This document shows, in pieces, positions 1 to 9,746 of a stretch of DNA of 64,000 bases. The position numbers and the translations under genes are program-made. Every line of letters starts with the position of its first letter. Position 1 is the first letter of the stretch. Source of the DNA: Erysipelotrichaceae bacterium (GTDB lineage Bacteria; Bacillota_I; Bacilli_A; RFN20; CAG-826); NCBI GenBank assembly GCA_015059065.1, contig SVBE01000002.1:94835-158834 (forward strand), read 5' to 3'. The notes below the pieces were generated by a model. It did no database searches. It was not told the origin of the DNA and saw nothing but the letters and a program-made list of their open reading frames with translations.

Positions 1-1666
1 CGTTTTCAGTCATACCATTAGCAGTAGTTTTGCCTTGGGCCGCTAAAACGTTATTTAATGCGTCGTGAGCACCATCACCAGTCGCGAAGTAATAATCACC
101 AGCATCAACGATGAATGTCTTTGCAGTCTTATAATCATAGCTCGCGAGGTTAGCCATATCGACGTAGAGAGTAACTGTTTCTTTTTCGCCTGGTTTTAAG
201 ACATTAGTCTTTTCAAAATCGACGAGTTGAATTGCACTCTTTTCAACACCGTTTGCTTTATCGTAATCAGTGTATGGAGTTTGCACGTATAATTGGACCG
301 CTTTTTTACCAGCGACATCGCCAGTATTAGTGACATCAACTTTGACAATTGCTGTCTTCTTATCGCCAGCGATTTGGACATCGTCAATCTTTTCACTGAA
401 AGTGGTATAGCTTAAGCCATATCCAAATGGATAGATGACTTCGTTATTATATGACCAAGTACCATCAGTTGTCGCTAAAGTGCCATCTGGATTAGTCCAG
501 GAACCAGCTTTGGCGTTTGCTGCACCAGTTACACCATTGACGACATCATTATAACGAGTTTCAAAATAACGATAGCCCGTATAAATGCCTTCGGCAGAGA
601 CTAAATAGGAGTTGACGTTTTGGGCAGAACCTAAACCTTCAATATTCCATGGAGTAGTCGTTCCAAAGTTTTGCATCGCTGGAGTTGCTTTTGCATTAAC
701 GGCGTGAGTATCTGGTAAATATGCAGATGGAGCAACTGTACCATTTAAGTTATCGGCAACGCCATAGAATCCATAAGCACCTGGATAACCGATCCACATA
801 ATCGCATCGATATCTGGATCATCTTTGAGTTCCTTGAATTCCATTGTGGTCACAGAGTTGATTAAAACGATGACTTTATCAAAGTTGTCTTTTGCTTCTT
901 TGATAATTTCTTTTTCTTCTTTAGATAAACCCATGATATTACCAGTTGTGGAATCAACTTGGGTTAAATCGAAGTTTTTACTTTCACCACCTGGACGACC
1001 AACGACGACGATTGCCGCATCTTTATAATCGTTATAAGTGGATCTTAAATCTGGGTTGATTTCTAATAATTGATTGATACCGAGTTCATAGACTTTATCA
1101 GTCACTGCTGTGCCTCGATATTCTGGTGGAGTAGCGCCGAAACCACTACCGCCCCATTTGATGTCGTTAGTCTTGAAATAAGTACCATAAACACCAGTTT
1201 CTGGATCGGAAGTAGCAGGATTGAGTTGGAAGCCTCTATCCTTAAACGCATTATAAATTTCTGTGTGGTAAGTATCGATTGTGTTTTTATCGGCAATAGA
1301 ACCACCGCTGTTGCCATACACTGGTGCGAATGAACGGAAACCGAGCATTGTCACTTTTGCCGTTTTGGAAAGTGGTAAAGCACCATTGAGATTTTTCAAA
1401 AGAGCATTAGTCTCTTGTGATTCACGGATAGCAAATTCTTTGTATCCATCAATCGCAGCTTTTGCAGATTTGAATGAAGACTTGAAGTTCCAAGGATCAA
1501 CAGTCTCCGATGAACTCTTTTTCACATACTCTCTCGTCGTGGATTGAGTACCGAACATTTGGTCCATTTGGTTGGAATAAGTCTCGAGTAAATTGCCGGC
1601 CATGATAGACACGCCCAAAAGCAAAGTACCAACGATTGTTAAACCAGAAAATACCTTTGTTTTCAT
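1..1666 (-). CDS. GH3-family glycoside hydrolase, 5' part only (continues past the left edge). N-terminal TM anchor. Paralog of 13979..17002
   Basis: Absent from the ORF track because it is open at the window edge. My translation from ATG at 1666 gives MKTKVFSGLTIVGTLLLGVSIMAGN (TM), then VVVGRPGGESKNFDL (GH3 alpha/beta-sandwich domain) and YPFGYGLSYTTF (junction to the Fn3-like domain). No stop down to nt 2. AAGGA lies about 9 nt upstream of the ATG. Confidence 0.8.
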   Translation of the reverse strand, partial: MKTKVFSGLTIVGTLLLGVSIMAGNLLETYSNQMDQMFGTQSTTREYVKKSSSETVDPWNFKSSFKSAKAAIDGYKEFAIRESQETNALLKNLNGALPLSKTAKVTMLGFRSFAPVYGNSGGSIADKNTIDTYHTEIYNAFKDRGFQLNPATSDPETGVYGTYFKTNDIKWGGSGFGATPPEYRGTAVTDKVYELGINQLLEINPDLRSTYNDYKDAAIVVVGRPGGESKNFDLTQVDSTTGNIMGLSKEEKEIIKEAKDNFDKVIVLINSVTTMEFKELKDDPDIDAIMWIGYPGAYGFYGVADNLNGTVAPSAYLPDTHAVNAKATPAMQNFGTTTPWNIEGLGSAQNVNSYLVSAEGIYTGYRYFETRYNDVVNGVTGAANAKAGSWTNPDGTLATTDGTWSYNNEVIYPFGYGLSYTTFSEKIDDVQIAGDKKTAIVKVDVTNTGDVAGKKAVQLYVQTPYTDYDKANGVEKSAIQLVDFEKTNVLKPGEKETVTLYVDMANLASYDYKTAKTFIVDAGDYYFATGDGAHDALNNVLAAQGKTTANGMTEN

Positions 1667-1732
1667 CTTAAAATCCTTTCTTTAAGTATTTTGCATATAT
1701 TCGCGATATTTAATGCATTTACACTATAAAAC

Positions 1733-1760
1733 AAAAAAAGCCACCTTTTGTTGAAGTGGC
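1733..1760 (-). terminator. Rho-independent terminator after the sensor kinase gene
   Basis: Minus strand reads GCCAC-ttcaacaaaag-GTGGC followed by TTTTTTT, just downstream of the stop at 1796. Confidence 0.6.
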
Positions 1761-1795
1761 ATAAATTGAACGTTGCTTGACAAATTTGGAATATT

Positions 1796-3082
1796 TTATA
1801 ACGGGAAAACGAGGTTCAAACGGAATGTTTCCGCGTCGAATTTGATATCCATTTCGCCACCATATTTCTCCGTTATATATTTGATGGATTTTAATCCATA
1901 GCCATGAATTCCTTTGTCCATTTTTGTAGTTTTTGGCAGTTCATCATCGTTCATCGGATGGTTTTTTGTATAATTCGACTGACTAATTGTGAGGACTTTA
2001 TTGTTTTTAGTAATGTTAAGTTTAATCAAACGATAATCCCCTTCTTCTTTCTCTGCGGCTTCAATCGCATTATCTAAAATGTTGCCGAGAAGAGAAGCGA
2101 TATCGTTATTAGAGAAAACTTTTAAAGCTTCCCCATCGACGATATAGGTAAAACGTATATCTTTAGAAGAACAGATTAAACTCTTTTGGGTTAAAACGAT
2201 ATCGACGACTGTATTACCCGTAGAGGCATATGCATCATACACATACACTTTATTTTTAATATCTTTAATGTTCTCAATCATCTCATTACGGTTTTCAATC
2301 TCGCTTAAAACATCTAATTGATGCTTCAAATCGTGATATTTCATATTCAAAATTTCACGTGTTTCACGATATGTTTCATTTTCTCTTGCTTGTAATTCAA
2401 TTAATCTTTCTAGCATCTGCTTTTCAAGGACTAATTCCTTACGTCTTTCATATGACGCACGGGAATAAGGATAAACATAAAGAAGAATAGAACAAAGCAA
2501 AGAGGAAATAACGGTATATGATCTCGTCACCGGAGTCCAAGTACCGATGAGCTGAGAAAGAATGAAGACGATGACGATATTGATAATGCCTAAAGTGATG
2601 ACCATTGGGTTTCTTGATAAATGTGACAACTTAACTTTGAATCTCCAAAAGAAGAATAAGGTGAATCCATAAATAAGGATATAGACCGAAATCATGATTA
2701 ATATGAAGATATATTGAGGATGGTCTGGAGTTAATGGTAAAACATCAAGGAGAATATACATTAAGTTCCAAGTGATATGTTGAAGAGAAAACGCCACTAA
2801 AGCATTGACCACAATATAAGATATCTTCATATCATATAGAGGTATCATCACGATAATGATTGTTGCAAAGACTAATAAATAGCCAATATTAAAACCGAGG
2901 ACCTCAATAAACGGGAGGAAATAATAAGGGATTCCAATCGCGAGGACAAGAGGCAAAAAGTAATAGAAATACTTACGCTTTTTAAAATTGACTGCTAACA
3001 CTAAAAAAGCCAAGGCGAGTTCTAGATAAAACTGATAAGAACCGAGAAATAATATTTTTGATATAAAACTAAACTCTTCCAT
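1796..3082 (-). CDS. Sensor histidine kinase, AgrC/LytS-like (multi-TM sensor + GHKL ATPase)
   Basis: 428 aa. Hydrophobic N-terminal half with about 6 TM helices and no large loop. Phospho-acceptor region HDLKHQL. C-terminal GHKL motifs NILDNAIEA and HGYGLKSIKYITEKYGG. TAAATG junction with the upstream LytTR regulator. Confidence 0.85.
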   Translation of the reverse strand: MEEFSFISKILFLGSYQFYLELALAFLVLAVNFKKRKYFYYFLPLVLAIGIPYYFLPFIEVLGFNIGYLLVFATIIIVMIPLYDMKISYIVVNALVAFSLQHITWNLMYILLDVLPLTPDHPQYIFILIMISVYILIYGFTLFFFWRFKVKLSHLSRNPMVITLGIINIVIVFILSQLIGTWTPVTRSYTVISSLLCSILLYVYPYSRASYERRKELVLEKQMLERLIELQARENETYRETREILNMKYHDLKHQLDVLSEIENRNEMIENIKDIKNKVYVYDAYASTGNTVVDIVLTQKSLICSSKDIRFTYIVDGEALKVFSNNDIASLLGNILDNAIEAAEKEEGDYRLIKLNITKNNKVLTISQSNYTKNHPMNDDELPKTTKMDKGIHGYGLKSIKYITEKYGGEMDIKFDAETFRLNLVFPL

Positions 3083-3802
3083 TTATGCCTCCGATAATTT
3101 GATGAGAAAATCTCTTTTGTGACTACGGGAAATGAAAACCGTCTTCCCACTTTTCATCTTCGCGATTAAATTCGCATTATTAAACGAATCTAAATAGACT
3201 AGATTGAGAAGCGAACCACTTGAAGCAGGGATTAAATAAGGGTCGCTAACTTTATTCAATATTTCTTTCATCGAAGAACGAAAAGAAACCGTTTTAAGTT
3301 CGTCCCCTTTATAATAGGCGATAATCGCATCGTGTTTATCCATTTCAATCGTTTCAATATCGCTTTGACGAATCTTTAACATATCCCCTTCATGCTTGAC
3401 GACGATATATGATTCTTGGGTCACTTCTAATCTTTTTACTATCTTATCCATCACCAGTTTGACATCTGGATAATTGATCGGTTTCAAACAGAAATCAATC
3501 GCGTTGACTTTGTATCCATCAATCGCATACTGGGACATATTCGTAACGAAAACGATGAGACAATCTAAATTATTCTCTCTTAACTTAATCGCTGTCTCCA
3601 TCCCGTTGATACCTGGCATTTCTATATCTAAAAAGACCACTTGATAGACATCTTTCGACTCTAAAAAATCATAACCATTCGTATAATAATCAATGCTAAA
3701 AGGGATGTTTTTCCCTTCCGTTTCTTTCGATAAATACTGATTGATCAAATCCGAAAGTTTTTGATAATCAGCCTGTTCGTTTTCAACAATTGCAATCTTC
3801 AT
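3083..3802 (-). CDS. LytTR-family response regulator (REC + LytTR DNA-binding domain)
   Basis: 239 aa. Receiver motif VVFLDIEMPGINGME. C-terminal 100 aa has the LytTR pattern (IETIEMDKHDAIIAYY ... ISRSHKRDF). Abuts the kinase gene. Confidence 0.85.
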   Translation of the reverse strand: MKIAIVENEQADYQKLSDLINQYLSKETEGKNIPFSIDYYTNGYDFLESKDVYQVVFLDIEMPGINGMETAIKLRENNLDCLIVFVTNMSQYAIDGYKVNAIDFCLKPINYPDVKLVMDKIVKRLEVTQESYIVVKHEGDMLKIRQSDIETIEMDKHDAIIAYYKGDELKTVSFRSSMKEILNKVSDPYLIPASSGSLLNLVYLDSFNNANLIAKMKSGKTVFISRSHKRDFLIKLSEA

Positions 3803-4248
3803 GTGTATATAAATAATAATACTACAATTGATGACTTTTCCGAAAATAAAAAGTCCTTAAACGATGATGGGAAAAGTGATATTTTCTACTTTGACCATAA
3901 AAGATGTTTAATATCGATACGAAATAATCAATTGATTATCATTCATTTTATGCCAGGTAAGTTAATCAAAGAAAAGTAAGTCATTTCGTTCAATTATTCA
4001 TAATGTAATTTGCTTTATTTTGTCTTTTTTAAAGTAATGGATTTGATAATCATTTATCATTAGAGAAATAATTAGAGATTTTGCTCTTAGAAAATATAAT
4101 TTGTTATTTTATATGTTATTTTCTTATAAGATAGTTATGTTGAAAGCATATAAATAGCCCTTAAATTTGCTAGTAAAAAAATACAATCTGTGTCAATAAA
4201 AAAACAATATATGCCAAATCCCGTTTTTCTTTAGAAAGAAGTATTACA

Positions 4249-5295
4249 ATGAATTCATCAATGAAATCTCTATCAATTGTCATCCCCTCGTTCAATTCCG
4301 AGAACTATATCCAACAATGTTTGGATTCTCTTCTCATTGGTAGAGACGATGAGCTCGATGTCATCGTCGTCAATGATGGTTCAACTGATAGGACTTCAAA
4401 GATCGCTCATGAGTTCGCGGATAAGCATCCATTCGTCCGAGTGGTTGATAAAGAGAATGCTGGCCATGGCTCTGGTATCAATGTTGGTATCAAACTCGCT
4501 AAAGGATTATATTTCAAGATTCTCGATAGCGATGACCTTCTCGATAAAGAAGGATTGATCCATTTATTAGATGTCATCAAAGTCCAAAATGATAAAGGAA
4601 ATAATCCAGACTTATATCTCGCTGATTATGGTTCTTTTTATGAAGAAGATGATAATGTTCCACAAGCTGTCATCTCCTTTAAAAGACATGTGAAGAAAAT
4701 TGAAGATGTCGTCACTTGGGAAGAACTTCCACGCGTTGGTATCAGCGACTTCTTCATGATTCATATGACATATGTAAGAACTGCTCTATTAAAAGAAATC
4801 AATATTCCTTTATTAGAGAAAACATTCTATGAGGATAACCAATACCTCTTCTATGTCATCAAGAATACGAAGACACTCTATTACTTAGACAAAGGAATTT
4901 ATAAGTACACGGTGGGTAGAAAAGGTCAATCCATCTCTATAGAGAATATGGCGAAGAAATATGACCATCAATATCGCGTCAAAAAAGCCATTATCGATCA
5001 CATCAATATCGATGAGTATAACGCGATGAACAAACCCCTTAAATGGCATATCCGTCATGAGCTATTCAAAATGTCAGTTCTCGTCTATTTCTATACTTAT
5101 ATAGGAAAAGGCAAAGAGAGACATCTTCAATATAAGGATTTATATAAATACTTTAAAGAGAGTAATCCTGAAATGTATCGCATTTGGAAACACCATTCAC
5201 CATCTTGGTTATTATGGTTACAAATACCGTGCATCAGACATCTCATGACCATCATTGGCTATAAAGTATTTGCAAAAAGAAAGGGCTGGAAATAA
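4249..5295 (+). CDS. Family 2 glycosyltransferase
   Basis: 348 aa. N-terminal GT2 signature LSIVIPSFNSENYIQQCLDSL ... VIVVNDGSTDRT ... ILDSDD. No TM helices seen. Stop overlaps the start of the next gene (ATAATG). Confidence 0.85.
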   Translation: MNSSMKSLSIVIPSFNSENYIQQCLDSLLIGRDDELDVIVVNDGSTDRTSKIAHEFADKHPFVRVVDKENAGHGSGINVGIKLAKGLYFKILDSDDLLDKEGLIHLLDVIKVQNDKGNNPDLYLADYGSFYEEDDNVPQAVISFKRHVKKIEDVVTWEELPRVGISDFFMIHMTYVRTALLKEINIPLLEKTFYEDNQYLFYVIKNTKTLYYLDKGIYKYTVGRKGQSISIENMAKKYDHQYRVKKAIIDHINIDEYNAMNKPLKWHIRHELFKMSVLVYFYTYIGKGKERHLQYKDLYKYFKESNPEMYRIWKHHSPSWLLWLQIPCIRHLMTIIGYKVFAKRKGWK

Positions 5296-7748
5296 TGAAC
5301 AGAAAACACCAAGACATCATCGACCAATTAACGCTTCAAGAAAAGGCTTCCCTCATGAGTGGGAAGGATTTCTGGCAAACCGAGAACATCGATCGCCTCG
5401 GTATCCCATCTATATTCTTATCTGATGGTCCACACGGTTTAAGAAAACAACAAGCCGCTGCCGATAACCTCGGACTTAATGAATCATTTAAAGCAACTTG
5501 CTTCCCTACTGCTTCTGCGGTAGCCTCTTCCTGGAACTTAGAACTCGGTAGAGAAATCGGTGAAGCATTAGGTAAAGAAGCGATATATGAAAAAGTTCAC
5601 GTCTTATTAGGACCTGGTATCAATATCAAACGTAACCCATTATGTGGACGTAACTTTGAATATTTTTCTGAAGACCCATATTTAGCAGGTAAAATGGCTG
5701 CCCAATACGTTCAAGGTATTCAATCTCAAGGTGTATCAGCCTGTGTTAAACACTTTGCCTGTAACTCACAAGAACTTAGAAGGATGAACGTTGACTCTGT
5801 CGTCGATGAAAGAGCCTTACGTGAAATATATTTAACAAACTTTGAAATCGCGATTAAAGAAGGTAAACCATGGACAATCATGTCTTCCTATAACCTTGTT
5901 AATGGCGATTATTCTAACCAAAACCAACACATCTGTAACGCCATTTTAAGAAATGAATGGAAATATGACGGGGTGATGGTCTCCGACTGGGGTGGAGAAG
6001 ATGACCGTATCAAAGGTCTTCTCGCCAATAACGAACTCGAAATGCCATTTAATGATGGCGATACTGATCGAGAAATCATCAAAGCGATCAGAGATGGCGT
6101 TTTAGATGAATCCATCCTCGACGACTGTGTTGACCGCGTCATCGACCTCGCTTTAAGAACTGATAAGAATTTAAAAGAAAGCCCAGTCACATTTAACGAA
6201 GAAGAAAATCATAAATTAGCCCAAAAAGCCGCGGAAGAATGCATCGTCCTTCTTGAAAATAATGGAGTGTTACCACTCTCAAAAGAAAAGAAAGTTGCTT
6301 TCATCGGTAAATTCATCGAACAACCACGTTATCAAGGTGCGGGTTCTTCTTTAGTTAATCCAACTAGACTTGATAAGGTTGTCGATTTATTAAACGAAAA
6401 TCCTGATATCAATTTCATCGGTTATGAACCAGGATTCCACCTCAACGGAAAATGGTCCAAAGGCAGAGCGGCCCGCGCGGTTAAACTCGCCGAACAAGCT
6501 GATGTTATCGTTGCTTTCTTAGGACTTGATGAACTCTCTGAAGCGGAAGGTATTGATAGAGTCAATATGAAGCTTCCTAATAACCAACTCCGTTTATTAG
6601 AAGAATTATGCAAACTCGATAAACCAATCGTCGTCTGTTTATTCACTGGCTCTGCTGTCGAACTCCCATTCGCGAAGAGAGTAGATGGCTTAATCCACTG
6701 CCACTTAACTGGTCAAGCTTCCGCGAACGCGATTGTCAATGTCTTAACTGGTAAAGTCAACCCAAGCGGTAAGCTCTCTGAGTCATATCCATTCTTCTAT
6801 AAGAATTATCCAGCGTATAACTATTTCCATAAAAATGAAAACACTGCGGAATATCGAGAATCCATCTATGTCGGATATCGTTATTATGAAAAGACTAACA
6901 CTGATGTTCTTTATCCATTTGGATATGGCTTATCTTATACGGAATTTGCCTATGCCGATTTAGTCTTATCCGAAAAAGGCGCTTCTTTCAAAATCAAAAA
7001 CATCGGTAAGGTCAAAGGTAAAGAAGTCGCGCAGATGTATATCGGACTTAAGAAATCAAAAGTCTTCCGCGCGTATAAAGAATTAAAAGGATTTATAAAA
7101 GTCGAACTCGAACCAGGAGAAGAAAAAGAAGTCTTTATCCCATTCGATGATTATTCATTTAGATACTTCAATGTCGCCACTAACAAATGGGAGATTGAAG
7201 AAGGTGATTACGATATCTCTATCGGTGGTTCTTCTAAAGACATCTGGCTTAGAGAAAGACATCATATGAAAGGGACTACTAAAGAACTCCCATATGATGA
7301 AAAATTATGCCCATCATATTTCTCAGGCAAAGTCACTGATGTCCCTGATAAAGAATTCGCCTATGTCTTAGGAAGAGATATCCCAGAAGGAAAACTCAAA
7401 TTCCATCGAAAGAAGAGAATCGTCGTCAACTACTATACGACAGTTCAACAACTCCGCTGGGCGCAAGGTTGGTCAGGAAGATTTTTTGGCTGGGCCATCA
7501 GAACAGCAATCAAATTCTTAAAGAAAACAAATCCAAAGAATGCTAATACATTAATTATGGGTGTCTATCATCAACCGATGAGAGGTCTCTCCCGTATGAC
7601 TGGAGGTGCGATTCACTGGGAACAACTCGATGGTTTAATCATGATGTTCAACGGTCACTTCTTCAAAGGACTTCATAAGTTCCGTCTTGAAGGTAAAAAA
7701 CTTAAAAAAGAAAGAAAATTAGCAAAAAAGGCTGCAAAACAAGCATAA
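5295..7748 (+). CDS. GH3 beta-glucosidase-like enzyme (canonical domain order, cytoplasmic)
   Basis: 817 aa. GH3 motifs LSDGPHGLR, KHFACNSQE and the nucleophile region GVMVSDWGG, followed by the sandwich domain, YPFGYGLSYTEF and an Fn3-like domain. No signal peptide. Confidence 0.9.
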   Translation: MNRKHQDIIDQLTLQEKASLMSGKDFWQTENIDRLGIPSIFLSDGPHGLRKQQAAADNLGLNESFKATCFPTASAVASSWNLELGREIGEALGKEAIYEKVHVLLGPGINIKRNPLCGRNFEYFSEDPYLAGKMAAQYVQGIQSQGVSACVKHFACNSQELRRMNVDSVVDERALREIYLTNFEIAIKEGKPWTIMSSYNLVNGDYSNQNQHICNAILRNEWKYDGVMVSDWGGEDDRIKGLLANNELEMPFNDGDTDREIIKAIRDGVLDESILDDCVDRVIDLALRTDKNLKESPVTFNEEENHKLAQKAAEECIVLLENNGVLPLSKEKKVAFIGKFIEQPRYQGAGSSLVNPTRLDKVVDLLNENPDINFIGYEPGFHLNGKWSKGRAARAVKLAEQADVIVAFLGLDELSEAEGIDRVNMKLPNNQLRLLEELCKLDKPIVVCLFTGSAVELPFAKRVDGLIHCHLTGQASANAIVNVLTGKVNPSGKLSESYPFFYKNYPAYNYFHKNENTAEYRESIYVGYRYYEKTNTDVLYPFGYGLSYTEFAYADLVLSEKGASFKIKNIGKVKGKEVAQMYIGLKKSKVFRAYKELKGFIKVELEPGEEKEVFIPFDDYSFRYFNVATNKWEIEEGDYDISIGGSSKDIWLRERHHMKGTTKELPYDEKLCPSYFSGKVTDVPDKEFAYVLGRDIPEGKLKFHRKKRIVVNYYTTVQQLRWAQGWSGRFFGWAIRTAIKFLKKTNPKNANTLIMGVYHQPMRGLSRMTGGAIHWEQLDGLIMMFNGHFFKGLHKFRLEGKKLKKERKLAKKAAKQA

Positions 7749-7766
7749 AAGAAAGGAGTACATTTT

Positions 7767-9689
7767 ATGTCAAAATCTAAAAAGAGCATATTTGACTCAC
7801 CATTATTATCATCAAAAGTCAAATCTGCGAAGCCTAAACTATTCCCAGAAGGGATCCTCGGATATTTCGCTGGGCCAACCCTTGCGTTGATTGCAAATGC
7901 CTTCCTCGCGAGCTATCTCAACAAATATCTCACTGATATTTTTGGTATCACGGCCTGGGCTGCTTTATTCAACACATTATTACCAGTCGTTTCCGTCGCA
8001 TTAGTTGTCCTCGGTAACATCGTCGTTGGTAAGCTCATGGATAAAAGCAAATTCAAAGCTGGTAAAGCTAGACCACTTATCCTATTCTCATTGCCTGCAA
8101 GCTTAATCGCTTTAGTGATGTTATTCATCGTCACTCCACTTGCCAGCGCGACAAGCGATTCTGGTACGCAAGTCTTAGCCTGTGTCCTTCTTGCGGTTGG
8201 TTATAACTTATGGTTTGCAGTTGCTTATCCATTATATTTCACACCACACAGTTCTCTCGTTAACTTATCGACACGTAACGGTAAAGATCGTTCCTTACTT
8301 GCTACATTATCTAACGCCTGTAACTTAGCCTCCATCGGTTTATGTACGATGATTGTTCCATTCTTCCTCGGTTTCTTATTCGTCGATAAGGGTGGCGTCA
8401 TTGATACTGCGGCATCATATAATGCCTTTAAAGTATTCTCTATCGTCTTAATCGCCATCACTGCTGTTGGGGCAATTATCGAATATTATTTCACTAGAGA
8501 AAGAGTTACTGAAGAAAGATTCGCTCTTGCGAGTAGAGATAACAGCAAACAAGGTGAACAAAAATCCATCACTACTAAAGAACAATGGAAAATCTGCCGT
8601 AAAGATAAATTCTGGCTCATCATTATCGTCTTCTTCTTCCTCTATCAACTCGGTGGTATGATGAAGAACGTTTCACAACTCTATTTCTGTACATCATGGT
8701 TTAAAGGAGCAGATGGCACATATAGCACAGCCAATGGCGGCGCCTTCTCTGGTACTTTGGCAATTGTTGGTGCGATTCCAACTGCTTTAGGTATGGTAAT
8801 CGCTTGGCCACTCTCTAATAAGATTGGTAAAGGTAAAGCCATCATCTTAGGTGCTATCCTCTCTATTATCGGAGGCGGCATTGGGCTTCTCGTTCCATTC
8901 GTTCCTGAAAATAGCCAATTCGCCCTCTCTATCGTTTCCTTTGCAGTGAAAGCCTTAGGCACTACTCCTGCAATGTATCTCTCCATTGCCCTTTTAGGCG
9001 ATGTCATGGATCACCAAGAAGCCTTATACGGCAAACGTACTGATGGTTTATCAATGACAATCTATGGAGCCATTATGGCCGGTATGACCGGCATTGCCAC
9101 TGGTATCTTAAACTTAATCTTACAAATCTCTAATTACGATCCAAACCACCCAGAAACAATGCAAACTCCAATGCTCTGGATCTTCGTCGGCGCGGAAACA
9201 ATCTGTTATGTCTTAATCGCTTTACTCTTCATCTTCATGAGAGTTGAAAAATATTCTAAATGCGACCACAAAGCCATTGAAGAAGATCAAAAGGCTGTCT
9301 GTGCAGCACGTGGTATTCCTTATGTCTCTAGCGAAGAACGCTTAGCCTTAGAAGAAGCTAATTCCAATAAGGAAGCCGAAGAAGCACGCGTTAAAGAACT
9401 CAAAGCGAAATGTGAAAAACAAGGCTTATCCTTCGAAGCGGAAGAAAAGAAATATCAAGACGCTCTTGCTATTAAATTAAAAGCTAAACAAGAGAAAGAA
9501 GCTGCCGCGAAAGCTAAGAAAGAAGAGAAAGAAAAAGCCTTCGCTGATAAACTTGCTGCTTCTCCAGAACTCAAAGCTAAACTTGACGCGAAGAAAGCTA
9601 AACAAGAAGAAAGAGAAAAGAAAGTTGGAGAAGAATTCCTCAAACTTCGTGAATTAACTCTAAGCGAAAGAGAACAGGCTCTTCAATAA
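7767..9689 (+). CDS. GPH/MFS-type glycoside:cation symporter with a long charged C-terminal tail
   Basis: 640 aa. About 12 TM segments with a GPH-like N-terminus (GYFAGPTLALIANAFLASYLNKYLTDIFGI). The last ~140 aa are K/E/A-rich (KAKQEKEAAAKAKKEEKEKA). Confidence 0.75.
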   Translation: MSKSKKSIFDSPLLSSKVKSAKPKLFPEGILGYFAGPTLALIANAFLASYLNKYLTDIFGITAWAALFNTLLPVVSVALVVLGNIVVGKLMDKSKFKAGKARPLILFSLPASLIALVMLFIVTPLASATSDSGTQVLACVLLAVGYNLWFAVAYPLYFTPHSSLVNLSTRNGKDRSLLATLSNACNLASIGLCTMIVPFFLGFLFVDKGGVIDTAASYNAFKVFSIVLIAITAVGAIIEYYFTRERVTEERFALASRDNSKQGEQKSITTKEQWKICRKDKFWLIIIVFFFLYQLGGMMKNVSQLYFCTSWFKGADGTYSTANGGAFSGTLAIVGAIPTALGMVIAWPLSNKIGKGKAIILGAILSIIGGGIGLLVPFVPENSQFALSIVSFAVKALGTTPAMYLSIALLGDVMDHQEALYGKRTDGLSMTIYGAIMAGMTGIATGILNLILQISNYDPNHPETMQTPMLWIFVGAETICYVLIALLFIFMRVEKYSKCDHKAIEEDQKAVCAARGIPYVSSEERLALEEANSNKEAEEARVKELKAKCEKQGLSFEAEEKKYQDALAIKLKAKQEKEAAAKAKKEEKEKAFADKLAASPELKAKLDAKKAKQEEREKKVGEEFLKLRELTLSEREQALQ

Positions 9690-9708
9690 TAATTATTTAT
9701 AGAAGAAT

Positions 9709-9746
9709 AGTCCTATGTGGTAAAATATCCATAGGACTTTTATTTT
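9709..9746 (+). terminator. Stem-loop plus T-tract between the transporter gene and glf
   Basis: AGTCCTATG (9709-9717) pairs perfectly with CATAGGACT (9730-9738), followed by TTTTATTTT that runs straight into the glf ATG at 9747. Confidence 0.6.

Noticed and set aside
3761-3979. 72-aa ORF in the AT-rich divergent intergenic region, and several 12-19-codon minus-strand ORFs examined as possible AgrD-like peptide precursors
   Set aside because: There are no SD sequences and the composition is low-complexity and AT-driven. There is no AgrB-like processing gene. They are probably non-coding promoter DNA.
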